Below, piece by piece: positions 13,141 to 27,885 of a stretch of 64,000 nucleotides of DNA. Origin of the DNA: Octopus vulgaris (Eukaryota). The stretch covers positions 165,540,001 to 165,604,000 of the forward strand of contig OX597815.1 of the NCBI GenBank assembly GCA_951406725.2. Direction: 5' to 3'. The position numbers were made by a program, and so were the translations under genes. Below the pieces are notes generated by a model that worked only from the letters and a program-made list of their open reading frames with translations, was not told the DNA's origin and ran no database searches. The first letter of the stretch is position 1. Each line of letters opens with the position of its first letter.

Positions 13141-13697
13141 GAAAACGTTTAGGTATAGTCTAGTGAACTTTGAGTAAAATGTACGCACTATATTAGAAAC
13201 ATTTTTATACATTAAATCCTTTAAATAAATTGCTTTGCATATTCGCTACTTAATCCTTTATCTATAAGTATTTATTTAAACCAATACTTTTTAATTTAGT
13301 TAAGTAAATTCGTTTCGTTTGAATGTTATTCAATGCTAGGAGTAATTTATGCTTTCACATTATCTTGGATATCTATACATGCTTGTTGTTAAGTCACCTC
13401 CTCCTGCCACTTGCCTTTCTCTGCCCAACAATTATAATGTAACATTATATCGTTTATCCCTCCTTTGTTATGTCTTTATATTGTAATGATATGTAACTTT
13501 TGTGTTCAAAACACTTGTAAAATATTTGATTGCCCAGCGTATGAACTCCCATTTCCTTCAGTGCTTTACTGATTTTATTTTCATATATTCAGTTATATAT
13601 TTGTTTACATCTATTCTCCTTGTATTTATATCCCTATATCTAAGTCTGTATCTACATAGGTGTGTGTATGTGTGCGTGCGTGTATATATATATACAT

Positions 13698-13740
<43 letters not shown>

Positions 13741-13776
13741 TATACACACCTGTGCGCGTGTGTGTGCCATGTACAC

Positions 13777-13817
<41 letters not shown>

Positions 13818-14546
13818 CATACACATATATATGTATTTGAGTGGTATATTTATATGTATATATTTAAAGTTTTTATATAGTGTGATATGCGTTTATCCAT
13901 GTCTATATGCGTGTTTGTTTGTGTGTGTATGTATATGCATGTATGTGTATCTATTGTACTATTTATGGATAAGAAGGGGTGAAAGTTGATGACTGTTTGA
14001 TGTTGGTGTTCGGTGAACTCCTTGACATGTCACCTTTAACTGAGCATAAGCCTGCTAAGGTTTTAATGACTTTTTAATTTCAGTTTCTGGCAAACCTATG
14101 TCAATTGATTTCTTAGATTATTCGGTGTCATTGTTAAACCATAAGCTAATTTAGATAAGTGAATTTGAATTGTATATTTTGTATATTATTTGGCTGTAAA
14201 ACTTAGATGCATCACTAATCCAGCTAAAGTTGGCTATGTCCAAGGTGATATTTAAAACTGACCTGAGTAAAGTCTTTCCTGTTTGAAATCTAACCTGATG
14301 ATCGTGGATTGTATACTGGCTTCAAATTTTGGCGTAAGGCTAGTAGGTTTAGAAGAGGGGCTAAATCAATATGTTCAGCTGGTAAGTATTTTATGGACTC
14401 GTAAACGATGAAACGCAATGTTGACCCTGGGTGAATTTAATTCGTAACATAAAGACGAACGAAACGCCTCTAAGAATTTCGTTCGAAATGCCGGTATTTT
14501 ATATATATATATATATATATATACGAGAAAGAAGCAACAAGAATGG

Positions 14547-14584
<38 letters not shown>

Positions 14585-14773
14585 TGCGTGTGTATGTGTA
14601 TTTTTTGTGTATGCGTTTTTCTATGTGTTTGTATGCGCGTATGTACACAACAACATATGTCAACAAACAATTCTATTTTTGTTTTTTGAAGATACCTGCC
14701 CATGAAGCCACGCAGTGACATTGAAGCAGGAAGCATTTGATCGGGAAGAAAGCTTCTTACCATACAATCAAGC

Positions 14774-14855
<82 letters not shown>

Positions 14856-15507
14856 TGACATATATAAAGATTCTTAAAGAATACTACAATGAAATCCATT
14901 GAAGAAAACTATGTCACGCGAAGAGAAATAGTTACTAACAAACATGTCGAATAAAAGAAATCACAACTGCAATGGTATCGGAGATGTATGTTCTACAATT
15001 TATACCAATTCGACTATTAACCGATTTTCTGATGTCACGCTTTCTTAACACAATCTGTGTATTAGTTCGAAAACGGCGTCTTGGAAGAGAAGGAATAATC
15101 AATAAATCTTTCGCTATAATATAGATTTTCTTATCGACGTAATAGTAAATTCTTCGATAGATGCGCAAACAATGCTTAAAAGATATTTTTCCAATCTCTG
15201 TCTAAATAGAAATTAATACCCAAGCACACACTTGTGATATATATATATATATGCATACATATATCTGCTTGCATAATATATATGCGTTCATATATATGTA
15301 TATATGCATGATACATACAATATATATATATGTGTGTGTGTATCTATGTATGTATCCGTGCTTCTTACCTTTTTGTTGTTCACGTTTCCTGATGTCCTGT
15401 GCCTACATATGCATATATATATATATATATATACACGAATACATGCATGTACATATACGTATGTATATAGGCATATATATATATATTCTTTATAGTATAT
15501 ATTATAT

Positions 15508-15635
<128 letters not shown>

Positions 15636-15837
15636 CATGTGTATTACTTCAATGTTTACAAATAACAGGGAATAAATAAATAAATAGTTGCCAGGGTAGC
15701 AAAAATTTACACAAGTACCAAGGATATAACAGCCTACTTATAAATGTAGAAATTCCAAGTTTTGGTGAGATGCTTTTGAAAAACATAGATAAATAAATAA
15801 ATGGAGTTAAATGCAAGTGTTATTCAAATGTGTTTAC

Positions 15838-15923
15838 TTCTGACATATATTTCGAAGAAAACATTAGTATTATACCAGAAGGAATAAAATGATGTAAAAC
15901 AATGCAATTTTCTCATCAGGGAA
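15838..15923 (-). ncRNA. Degenerate hammerhead motif with long stem-II insert
   Basis: Minus strand TTCC-CTGATGA-GAAAA...TTTTCTTC-GAAATATATGTC-AGAA; mismatches in stems I and III. Confidence 0.5.
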
Positions 15924-16396
15924 CGAAAGAAACCAAACACATCAGCCAGACATTTTAACAGAATGTGATGACTTCGTATATGATGAAGGGAACGCTAGCA
16001 ATTTTTTTCAAACCGTTAATAGATATAACGTCAAAGGCAGTTAATAGAAATAGAAAGAGGAGAAAGAAAGAAAGGAGCAGATAACTAATAGTGGAGAGAT
16101 ATAGAGCAATAGGTGAATAGGAATAAAGCGAAAAGGCTTGGAAGTAGATGTATTTAGTGGAAGTGAAATGAAAAAAGACAGTTAATGGTCGAATGTTATA
16201 GAATGTTAGAAATCACTTATAGGGAACTATTCAAATTTCAAAAGAATCCAAAATTTAGTGAAGTTACAAGTTTTTCATTTGAACTGAATTTAAAGTAATA
16301 CTATATTGGTAGGGTGTCAATAAATGCTGCTTTAGTATCATCGTTCTCCACGGAGCTAGCCTAAAAGTCCGCACGTAGAGCGGCTTTTAAGCTAGT

Positions 16397-16705
16397 GTGG
16401 AGGCGCAATGACCTAGTGGTCAGGACAGTAGACTCGCGGTCGGAGGATCGCGGTTTCGATTCCCAGACCGAGAGGTGTGGGTGTTTATTGAACGAAAACG
16501 CCTAAAAGCTCCACGAGGCTTCGGCAGGTGGTGGTGACGACCCTTGTTGCACTCTTTCGCCACAGCTTTCTCTCACTCTCTCTGCTGTTTCTTGAGTAAC
16601 GCTGCGATGGACTAACGTCCCGTGCAGCTGGGGGGAACACTTACGCCACAGAAACCGGGAAACCGAGCCCATGAGCCTGGCTAGGCTTGAAAAGGACGAC
16701 GTTTA
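16397..16705 (+). mobile_element. tRNA-derived SINE, head C with tail 2
   Basis: GTGGAGGCGCAATGACCTAGTGG A-box-like, GGTTTCGATTCCC B-box-like; tail shared with 46752-46992. Confidence 0.85.
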
Positions 16706-16711
16706 TCGTTT

Positions 16712-16774
<63 letters not shown>

Positions 16775-16812
16775 TACATATATAAATACATACATACATA
16801 CAAATATATATA

Positions 16813-16970
16813 TGGAAAAAATTCAAGCTAGAAAATGCTAAATAATTTTATAAAAAAAACATTTCCGTACCGGTTTCACTCATTGAGACTTTTTCAACTG
16901 TAAGTATGGAAAACAATTAAATTTTGGAAAAATTAAAAGAAAAGTTTTTAAAAAGAATATTTGTATAGTA
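16813..16970 (-). mobile_element. Short TA-flanked element with hammerhead motif (U3-A8) at 16865-16900
   Basis: Minus strand CAG-TTGAAAA-AGTC..GAGT-GAAAC(CG)GTA; homologous to 53658-53806. Confidence 0.7.
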
Positions 16971-17062
16971 TTCATATACAAGGGGCATTTTCCTTGTTTC
17001 TGCCTTCTCGGTCTCTCTTGTTTATTCTTGTGGGTTCGGGGTCGTTGTGAATTCTAGGCAGG

Positions 17063-17181
17063 GAAGAAGAAGAAGAAGAAGAAGAAGAAGAAGAAGAAGA
17101 AGAAGAAGAAGAAGAAGAAGAAGAAGAAGAAGAAGAAGAAGAAGAAGAAGAAGAAGAAGAAGAAGAAGAAGAAGAAGAAGA
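17063..17181. repeat. (GAA)n microsatellite
   Basis: Pure GAA run. Confidence 0.95.
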
Positions 17182-17634
17182 ATATGTTCAACTACGACAG
17201 GCAGAAGAAGAGTACTTTATAAGAATTCTGAAGACGAATTATTCCGAATGTAGCCAACACTCCACATAACAAACAATGATGAAAGAATATATATGGTTAT
17301 CTACGAAAGACAAAAGAAGAAGAATTCATGAAAACCTGAATTAACCCGAATAAGTCCGAAAACCCGAATTAGTCTGAATAAGTCCGAAAATAATCCGGAA
17401 ATAATTAATACTACCAATACTGCAAAAATGACAACTTCCTCTTTTATATATTATCCAAGAGCACATGTGTTTGAGAAGACAATCGAAAGCGCTCAGAAAC
17501 ACTAGCAAAAAAGATTCTTCCAAAAAGGTTAATAACATTCTGTTAAAAGATTTTATAACCTTTCTTAAAAAATAATTTTTCTAATACGTCCCCTTTATAC
17601 TTAAAAACTGTATTAAGTAATTTTCACAGACATT

Positions 17635-17712
<78 letters not shown>

Positions 17713-17891
17713 GAATAGTGGTACAACAGTGCACCAATATTTACTGGAAATCGCAGTCGATAATATACGAGGCTATAATAAAGCTTCATTGTATATATAT
17801 ACTGGCATAGATGTTTGCGGGTGGCGAACATAAAAAATTTCATCTTACCTGAAGGAAGTATATTAGATAGATGTACAACTCAGATGTGGAG

Positions 17892-17967
17892 AATCTAAGA
17901 CCTATGTTTCGAACTCTCCAAAATACGCTTGTTAATGTCAATTTGATTAGTTCTCCTGAGCTAGATT
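17892..17967 (-). ncRNA. Degenerate hammerhead motif (G5 mutated)
   Basis: Minus strand AATCTAG-CTCAGGA-GAACT...AGTTC-GAAAC(ATAG)GTC-TTAGATT; 7-bp stem I, 5-bp stem II. Confidence 0.55.
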
Positions 17968-18440
17968 CAGCGAGATAAAAAATAATTTCATTGCCAGTAT
18001 ATTTGCCTGAACGCCTAAGCCGTTAACAGAACCAAGAACGTATGATTTTAGCCTTTATTCTTTTATTTCTGTCAATCATTGGATGCGGCCATTCTGGAGG
18101 GCCACTTTGATGAGTTTGGTCCAGCAAATCGATCAGAATACTTATTCTTCGGAGTTTGCTATATACTTTAACGATCTGTTTGACCAAACTGGTTGTGAAG
18201 CAGTTTGTGGACAAACACACACACGTGCACGTATGTACACACACACACACACACATAAATCACATACAAATCTAGAGGTACGCACATATATGTATATATA
18301 CCATGGGATTGCGTACATTTTCACTCACAAATATTGGGTAATGTGAATACAAAGTAGAAAACATTTGCTCAAGACATTTGCACGGTGGAACTGAACCCAA
18401 AACCACATGCTTGCGAAGCGGACTTCTCTAAAATTATGCT

Positions 18441-18484
<44 letters not shown>

Positions 18485-19601
18485 TTGTGCGTGTATATAT
18501 GTAAATGGGTATGGATTCATGAATCGCTTCTATGAATAAGACGCACACACACGCACACACGTACACACACACGTACGCACACACACAAACAAACACACAC
18601 ACACACACACACATTTGTACGTGTATATATGTAAATGGATATGTACTCATAAATCTCTTGTATGAATATATGTATGCATATGTGTTTATGTGGATGTGTG
18701 TGTGCTTAGGAATTTGTGAGAATGTGTGTGTGCGTGTGTGTATGCATAATTATGCGAATATGAATCTCTGTTTTGTATCCAGAATTGATCGTGGTACAGT
18801 TTAGATGAATAAGATATCTAATTTTAACTATTTTTGAATTGAAACTAATACAGGTTCAAACAACCAGCAAAGGGAGGAATGGATTTTCCTAGATGGCAAT
18901 CAACCAAAAATGGTGTAGTGACTTATTTCAGTGACCTGAACTACTAAATGATTATCTTTATCTTAAAATGTTTCTTCAGTAGTCTAGTCGAAATTATGGT
19001 TCAATATATTGTATTGGGTATCCCGTCTTAAAGTAAATGGTATCTTACATGTCGATGCATAAGTAAAAATAAGCACACGCATCTACGTGTTTGCTTATAT
19101 TCTTGTGTTTCCATCCGGTCATGGTGGCAATAAATACTTATTAAAGCGAACGGATCTGAAACAGGATGACTGAATGCTTGAAGAACTTCCGTAAATCGTC
19201 TTGGAGTTGACGTCTATGTTTAATTTCCTTTCATTGGGAACATACACGCACATTCATGAACATAGATATGAAAAGATAGCTGTATACATATGATCCACCA
19301 CAAGCGCACAGCCGTAAACATACCATTAACATATAAACACATACAACGGAGATTATACACTCACACAGCTCCCCCCCACCGCCTCCTAGCATCTTTTGTA
19401 CTTGGCCACACGGTTTGAAAAGTTAATTTCGCTGTCATGAGGTTATAGGTTCATTTCAAACTCTTGTGAGCAGAAAACGGTAAAAGAAACTGTGAAGAAG
19501 CCCATCGGATCTGTTTTTAAATACATAGAAATATACATACGTACATACATACATGCATGCATGCATGCATACATGCATACATACATACATACATACATAC
19601 A

Positions 19602-19635
<34 letters not shown>

Positions 19636-19730
19636 CATACATACATAGTAAGCATAATAAGCCGGGTAAGAAAAAATATGTACCGTCATAGCGGGCAGCT
19701 GTCCTGTTGATGTGGATATCTCTTTGAAAA

Positions 19731-20882
19731 CACTGGACAACAAAGATTTTGCTAGTGAGGTAAAAGCAAGTGTTTTAGACTAAATCGAGGATGCTGATTC
19801 CAAATCTGTACTCAGAATTGTTCAAGTACGTCAGAAAGTTTGAGTTATGTCCATGCGTAAGATTATAACTATACTTTCGGCTAGATATAGGCCGTATTAT
19901 AAAACTTGTTAAAATGAAAGCGGTCTTGATTCAAAGTTAAAGGAACAACAGCAATAAAACAAATGATGAGCAAGTTCATTATTTAATTTAGCAATAGATG
20001 GCGCTGACGTATTGTGTGTAATACCAAATACGACAGTTTGTTCTTGGTAATTCTCAGTGTCGTTTGTGCTGTTGTCACGTCTAGTATGTGTATCTCTCGT
20101 TCTGCGTGATTACTGTTTTAACTGTGTTCATTGTGCGAATCACCCAGACAAATTTTGTTATCTGTGGAAAATTTGTTCCGTGTGACCAGCGGAGGAACAT
20201 TGCTACCAAATTAGAAATTGTCTATAAAGATAATTTCGGGTGTAAAGTTGGGGATCAAGACAAGAGGTGGGCACCTCATACATGCTGCACCGTCTGTTAC
20301 TCAGGGCTTACAGAGTGATTGAATGGAAAATGGAAGGGAATGCCTTTTGCTGTACCAATGGTATGACGTGAGCCAACCAATCATGTCTCTGATTGTTACT
20401 TTTGCATGACTAATATTAGAGGTTTCTTAAGGAAGACCAAAGAAAAACTTGTGTATGCAGGTTGAAAGTCGGCTCTAAAACCGGTCCCACATGACTTCGA
20501 GAACCATGTCCCAGTTCCCCTCTCACGTGCTTCACTTGAAAATCTTGACACGTCGCACGTTGAACTCCCTGACTCTCCTATCGACGAAGAGTATGTAGGT
20601 GATTCTAAGAAAAATGAGCCAGGCTAGTTTAATCAAAAATATTTGAACGATTTAGTAAGAGACCCAGCATTGTCAAAGGAGAGGGCAGAAGTTTGAGGAT
20701 CCAAACTACAACAATGGAATCTCCTACAGCAAGGTACGAAAATTTCCATTTTCCGTTCTTGCCATAAAGGCTTATCTGTCTTTTACAAGCAAGAACATAA
20801 TGCTTGTTTCTATACTGACGTTAATGCACTCTTGCAAAAACTAGGACACGTGCATATGGCTAACGAATGGAGATTGTTTATA
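19731..20882 (+). mobile_element. Chapaev3-like (CMC superfamily) DNA transposon, 3'-truncated
   Basis: Begins CACTGGACAACAAA, followed by a transposase relic. Confidence 0.8.
20132..20882 (+). pseudogene. Chapaev3-like transposase N-terminal part, disrupted
   Basis: CANHPDKFC/ICGKF..FGCKVGDQDKRWAPHTCCTVC..MPFAVPMV*REPTNHVSDCYFC..LNDLVRD..SKLQQWNLL..EWRLFI. Confidence 0.85.
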
Positions 20883-21489
20883 GGTCACATTCACCATGCT
20901 GCACCCCTTGCTTTCTACGTACCCTGGTTGGGGTGGTTACACGCTGTTTAACCAATAGCTAGAGCCTAACAGGTGTTACTACCCTGAGTAAGAGTAGACC
21001 TGGGAACAATAATGTCTAAGAAGAGGCTCAACAACTCTCAACCCTCACAATCTTCAAAACCCTTTTATGAGATAGTGCTATATAACAATATGTTTATGCG
21101 AATATATTTAGATGTTAGACACAGTATGACCGAATGCCTAATGATAGACAATTTCGTTTCGCAATTACGATGTCCCAAGTTCGAACCCCAATGCGTGATT
21201 TCTTGGACAAGTATCCTTTACTATAACTTCGACTCGACTCAAGCTTTTTGAACGAAATTGGATAATTGGAAACTGTGCGGAAGAAGATCAGTTCTACTTG
21301 TGATCCAACTGTCCTGCCTTTCTCAAAATGTGTCATGCTGATACTACTTCAGAATTATGTTTACCTGTCTGTGGAATACTCGGCCACAAGCAAACCAATT
21401 CATTGAGCAGGTGGTTGAGTTGATCTAATACTCATCGTAGAAACGATGGAGATCCATTTACTGTTTCGTGTCTTATTTTTCTGGGAAAA

Positions 21490-21825
21490 TCATTGGTTTT
21501 TGGCAATATCTACAACGTTATATTTAATATCCAGTTACTTTATGATGCGTATTTTCTAGAGGCTGGTGATGATGTATCTCTTTCTTCTGCATCCTATAAA
21601 GTAGAGTTTTGTATCTTTCTAGTGATTTCGATGTTATTCTGGTGCTGTGATTCCATTGACGGATTTTTGTAATATTTCTATTGAATATATTTATCTAGGA
21701 GAATTGAGAAACCAGATTTATGAGCCGTAATCTATATGAATAAGAACTAATGTTTTACTTGGTATTGAAGTTACTATTGGGCCTGTAGAATAGACGTTCT
21801 TCAGAATCCAACCTGATCGTTCACA
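21490..21825 (-). mobile_element. Highly decayed CR1-like LINE ORF2 C-terminal fragment
   Basis: Minus strand SGWILK..KTLVLIHIDYGS*IW..IEILQK..KLY..RRKRYII. Confidence 0.5.
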
Positions 21826-22434
21826 ACAAGATTAACGTGTAATAGCAATAGGATATAGTGACTGTCAAGCCTTGGTTTCACTTTGTGTTTAAAATACTTT
21901 CTCTCTCTTTCTATCTCTTTCTTTTCCCTTCTCGCTTTCTTTGTTGGGAGGCAGAGGCGGGGACTATATAAAATATCACAATGAATATTTTGTTTGTTAT
22001 TTTAAAGCAGGAATGATGTTGAGCTTGATGTTGTGTTCAGCTCCATGAAATATTCATTGTTGCTGAAACCTTTAAATATTATTTGCTAGTTAATATTATT
22101 CATAGTGACACCTCAATATCATCTTAGCAACTGATTTCTGGAGAGTTGAAACATTACATGTATCTGACTTCAGTCTAACGATGAACAGAGGCCTTAGACC
22201 AGTACTACTTACTGGCAGTTATGTTGTTAGTATCGGCGCAGGTGTGATGAACTTCGCTATGCAACCACGTCGCTTTGGGTTCAGGTCCATTGCGCGGTTC
22301 TTGAGCAAGTGTTTTCTACTATAGACCCGAACTGACCAATGCCATGTGAGTGAATTTGGTAGAAACTATGTGGAAGCCGTCGTGTACATACATACAAGCA
22401 AACATATACGCATATACATGCATACATGCATATA

Positions 22435-22465
<31 letters not shown>

Positions 22466-22561
22466 TGATCAAAATAAAAATAAAAACATGAGGCAAAGGA
22501 TTCAGCGGTATATGTTTCGGGCCTTTATAGACAGATTTATAACAAAGCATAATGTGTGTCT

Positions 22562-23020
<459 letters not shown>

Positions 23021-23120
23021 TATATATTGATTGTTTGACAATTTTTATATATTAATTTTGTTGGGTACCTATAGTATATTGGATATATATATCCCATGGT
23101 GGGTTGAATTTTCAACCCTA

Positions 23121-23238
<118 letters not shown>

Positions 23239-23970
23239 GCATACATTTATATATATATATATTCTTTTATTCTTTTATATGTTTCAGCCTTGAGGCTGGG
23301 GCCATGCTGGGGCACCGCCAGTATATATGAATATATAAATTTAGTAATTAAGGATAATAATAAAATATGTACTGGCATTTATAATAAAACAGAAGATTTT
23401 GGTGTCTTTGTCTTTGGACCCCGTTCTCGCTTTCCAAACGATGTTAGCTTACTTACGTCTCCGTATTTTAGTAGTTCAGGAAAAGAGACTGAAATAACAA
23501 GTACGAAACTTAAACAATAAGCCCCGGGGCTGACTTGTTTGACTAAACCCTTCAATGCAGTGTTCCACTATGGCTACACTCCTATGACTGAAACAAGTAA
23601 AAGATGAAAGAGACCGTTAGTAACATCCACTTAGTACGTATCTTTTCAGAACGTCAGATGACCAAGCATTTTGATATTCCGAAATGCTGTGGTTTCTCAA
23701 TCTGTTGCATACAATAATACTTAGACGGATTCGGTCGAACATCAACGACTAATCAATGTAATCAAAATATCGTTGTAATGTTAAAAAGAAGGCGGCGAGC
23801 TGGCAGAATCGTTAGCAACGCTGGCATAATGCCTTGCAGCATTTCGTCCGACTTTATTCTCAGAGTTCCAATTCTGATGGGGTCGACTTTACCTTTCATC
23901 CTTTTGGATTCGAAAAAAATTAGTAGCAGTCGATTTATCCTCTCATCTGAAATTGGCACCTTCTTAAATT

Positions 23971-24269
23971 GACAGATAGATGATACAAAGGCAGACAAGA
24001 AAATCAACAATTAGGAAAAAGGACGGGTCATTCGTCACCTTCTTTCATCAGTTTTGGGCAGTTACACTTGAGACTGCTCGATCTGGTTGCCCCCCCCCTA
24101 AAGTCTAAGCTAAAAGCATCAGATTTTTCGTAAGAAAGCTAGCGAATGTGTACGACAGCAAAGGCAAAAGACGGAAAACATGGTACACAATTACAAATAC
24201 AATACAACAAGAATATAACAACAGGTGTCTTTCGACTGAGGACGAATAAAATTGAGCTGGCGTGTATAA
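23971..24269. repeat. ~300-bp segment matching 26761-27069, lying between family A SINE pieces
   Basis: GACAGATAGATGATACAAAGG...GAGCTGGCGTGTATAA in both copies. Confidence 0.85.
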
Positions 24270-24964
24270 TCGACTTATCCCCTCCTCCGAAATTGCTGGC
24301 CTTGTGCCAAAATTTGAAAACTATCTTAAAGAAAATGTCTAACAGATACAAGTTAAAGGCATAAACGTTTGCCGTGACCGTAAAAAGAAGATACCGATTT
24401 GAAGGTATTTAACTTTCCCATGGTCTATTTGTTCCAGCCTTTTAGATATACAAGAACTGAAAGATAGGACTCTATGATTAACCGGTTGATCCTTGTTTAC
24501 CATTTTGTGAAGTGATTTAGTGAATATTTCTTTTCAGCTCTTTTGAAAGATTTCCACCCACAAGTAAACTTTGAAAAAGAAATTTCAAAGGATTTGCTCG
24601 TAAATTCTTGCATGAATTTCGAAAGATGGCTGAAATATGATCCAATCTTGGAATATATTTGGTTTTAAAACAGTTAATAGAGTCTGCCTCATTCATTTCA
24701 TTGATGATTTATGTGTTTGAAGGAAATATTGGTATTGATTTCGGTTTAGCTAAACAAAATATCTGTGTAGTTAATAACTTTATATTTGAAAGGATGAAAG
24801 CTTTCTTTTAATGATATTTTCAGAATATATATAAACGTGCAAACACGCACACAAGTGTACATATATATATGTATGTAAGCACAAACACACAAAGACAAGC
24901 TAAAAAATACAACACGTAAACAAACACGAACACACATATAATGCATAAATACACACACACACAC

Positions 24965-25047
<83 letters not shown>

Positions 25048-26084
25048 GTATATACATATATAACACACATACATATATATACATACACATATATATATTT
25101 ACATTTGCATATGTATATATCGATGCATATATGCATGCATACACATATACATATATGTAAACATGCATATGTGGATATACATACACATACACGCACACAT
25201 ACAAATATATATGTGCATGTATAAGTGTGCATAATTATGTGTATGTGTGTGTCAGTGTGTAATATACATATGTAGGCGTGTGTATGCGTATGTATCTATC
25301 CATCTGTGTGCGTGTATGTTTCTTCGTATAAGTAATGTGCAATATGGAACGGATAATTATTTTCTTGGAAGTTAAAATAAATGGAAATATTCTTCCAGTA
25401 TTTCTAACACAAACAGGTTGAAATCCCATAATTGAAGCAGTGTATATGTGTGTAGGCGCGCATGCATCTGTATGTATTTGTATGCATGCATAATATGTGT
25501 ATGCTTTGTGTATGTGTACGTATACACATATATATGTTCGTTTTTGTATTTGTGTATATATATATGTTTATGTATGTATGTATGTACACGTGTGTGTGAG
25601 TATGGGTAAATATTTGTACACGCTCGTGTTATGTAAGAAATTCTCAATCACAAATTACGTTTATCATATAAAGGCAAACGCACAAATCGCTTATTTTCCT
25701 TTGTTTTAGAATACCAAGGGTGACGTAGTCGAATGCAAACACAATAAGCAAAGCACATGACTTTACATCGTGGGAAACCATAATATTTATTCTGTTTGCT
25801 TTAAGGTATTTTCTAAAGTACATGCGAGTACGTGTGTGTGTATGCGTGTATATATATATAGACACATACACAAGTATACACAGTCACATACACACGCGCA
25901 CACAAATATATAAATATATATTCACACACATATATATATGCACATACACGCTCCCCAAAGCTACGCCATTACACTCACACAGCTGTATAAATGGATTATT
26001 GTGTAACTAGATATCAGTATTAATTCCACAACTATGCTTAAATAATAATAAAGCAAATAAACTGTGTACGCCTATGTGCCTATG

Positions 26085-26138
<54 letters not shown>

Positions 26139-26302
26139 TGTGTGTGCATGTATGTGTATGTTTGAGGGTGTATGTATATGTGTGTATATGTTTATGTGTG
26201 CGGTTATGAGTGTATGGTTGTGTATGGGTGTGTGTATATATGTATATATATATAAATTTAAACATAAAATGTAATATGTATATATTATATAGATATATAT
26301 AT

Positions 26303-26347
<45 letters not shown>

Positions 26348-26436
26348 TATTATATATAGATATATAGATATATAGATATAATATATATTATATCTATATA
26401 TATTAATAGTGTGAGAGAGAGAGAGAGAGGGGAGGC

Positions 26437-26600
26437 AAGACGCAGGCGTGGCTATGTAGTAAGAAGTTTGCTTCCCAACCACTTGGTTCCAGGTTCAGCC
26501 CCACTGCGTGGCACCTTGGACAAGTGTCTTCCACTAAAGCCTCGAACCGCCCAAGCTATGTAAGTGGATTTGGTTGGTAGAAACTGAAAGAAATGTGTCG
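26437..26600 (+). mobile_element. Family B SINE, 5' half
   Basis: GCAGGCGTGGCTATGTAGTAAG..GGTTCAGCCCC..ACCTTGGACAAGT. Confidence 0.8.
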
Positions 26601-26625
26601 TATATATATATATATATATATATAC

Positions 26626-26720
<95 letters not shown>

Positions 26721-27317
26721 AAATGGAACAAAAACGCAATACAGGACAATAAAACCTCAGGACAGATAGATGATACAAAGGCAGACAAGAAAATTAACAA
26801 TTAGGAAAAACGACGGGTCATTCGTCACCTTCTTTCATCAGTTTTGGGCAGTTACACTTGAGACTGCTCGATCTGGTTTCACCCCCCCCCCCACCCAAAA
26901 AAAGTCTACGCTAAAAGCATCAGATTTTTCATATGAAAGTTAGCGAATGTGTACGACAGCAAAGGCAAAAGACGCAGAACACGGTACACAATTACAAATA
27001 CAAACAACAAGAATATAACAACAGGTGTCTTTCGACTGAGGACGAATCAAATTGAGCTGGCGTGTATAAAGTAAAAGCCTTAAGGCAGGAACATAGGAGA
27101 TGAACATAAGAGGTGCTGACAGTCGGCAGTCAGGCTAAGAAAGAAAGATCGTGCCTGGCCGAATACCTGTCAAATGGAAGGAGGAGAGCGGGGTAGAGGG
27201 CAGAGGGATTGAAGGATTATAAAAATCAAAGAGACAAATGGAAAGGTACAGGGATGGATCGTTAGTAGAAATACATATATCCAGAGTAGGAGCACACTCT
27301 AAGATGTAGAGAAGTTA

Positions 27318-27525
27318 ATATTATAAAGGGGGCCAGTTTATGGCGTTACCATGGGTTTCTCACTCATAAGGGTTTTCCCTTACACCGTATCTTCAGACCC
27401 CAAACATTGATGACCTAAGATCTCTAGGCCAGCAGTGTTTGGGGTCTGAAGATACGCCGTAAGGCAAAACCCCTTCCGAGCGAAAAACCAAAGGTAACCA
27501 CATAAACCGGCCCTCTTTATAATAT
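27318..27525. repeat. ~205-bp imperfect palindrome
   Basis: CGTATCTTCAGACCCCAAACA / TGTTTGGGGTCTGAAGATACG core, extending to ATATTATAAAG / CTTTATAATAT. Confidence 0.85.
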
Positions 27526-27639
27526 GTATGTATAGACCACCGCGCACGCGCACATCCACACCCATTTTCCCTCTCACTTTCCTTGTCTTTGACATACTAC
27601 CTACTGTCTTTGAAAACTCTCCTGTCTTTAAAAAACATT

Positions 27640-27885
27640 ATTCTCCCACATTTCTACTTCCGGTCTTTCAATATGTGACCTCGTGAGTACCGCTGGCGAT
27701 TTTTTTCCTCTGTCTTCCCTTCTCGGGATCTTTCCTTCTCCCTATGTTTCCGACGAAGAGCTCCGCTCGAAACGTTAAACCCTCCTTCTTCCCTTCCTTC
27801 CTGAGCGTCCAATAATATTATATTTGTTCCACGTCCTCGCGTTGTTGTGTTTTCTCTTTGTGTTTTCATGTTTGGATTAACTTTA
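27640..27885 (+). mobile_element. pLTR-like element with minimal hammerhead motif at 27746-27780
   Basis: GTTT-CCGACGA-AGAGC(TCC)GCTC-GAAACGTT-AAAC; related copies at 55130-55350 (+) and 63648-63850 (-). Confidence 0.72.

Noticed and set aside
24020-24056. Minus-strand CTGATGA..GAATGACCCGTC as a hammerhead (also near 26810)
   Set aside because: No stem II, and the GAAA box is broken
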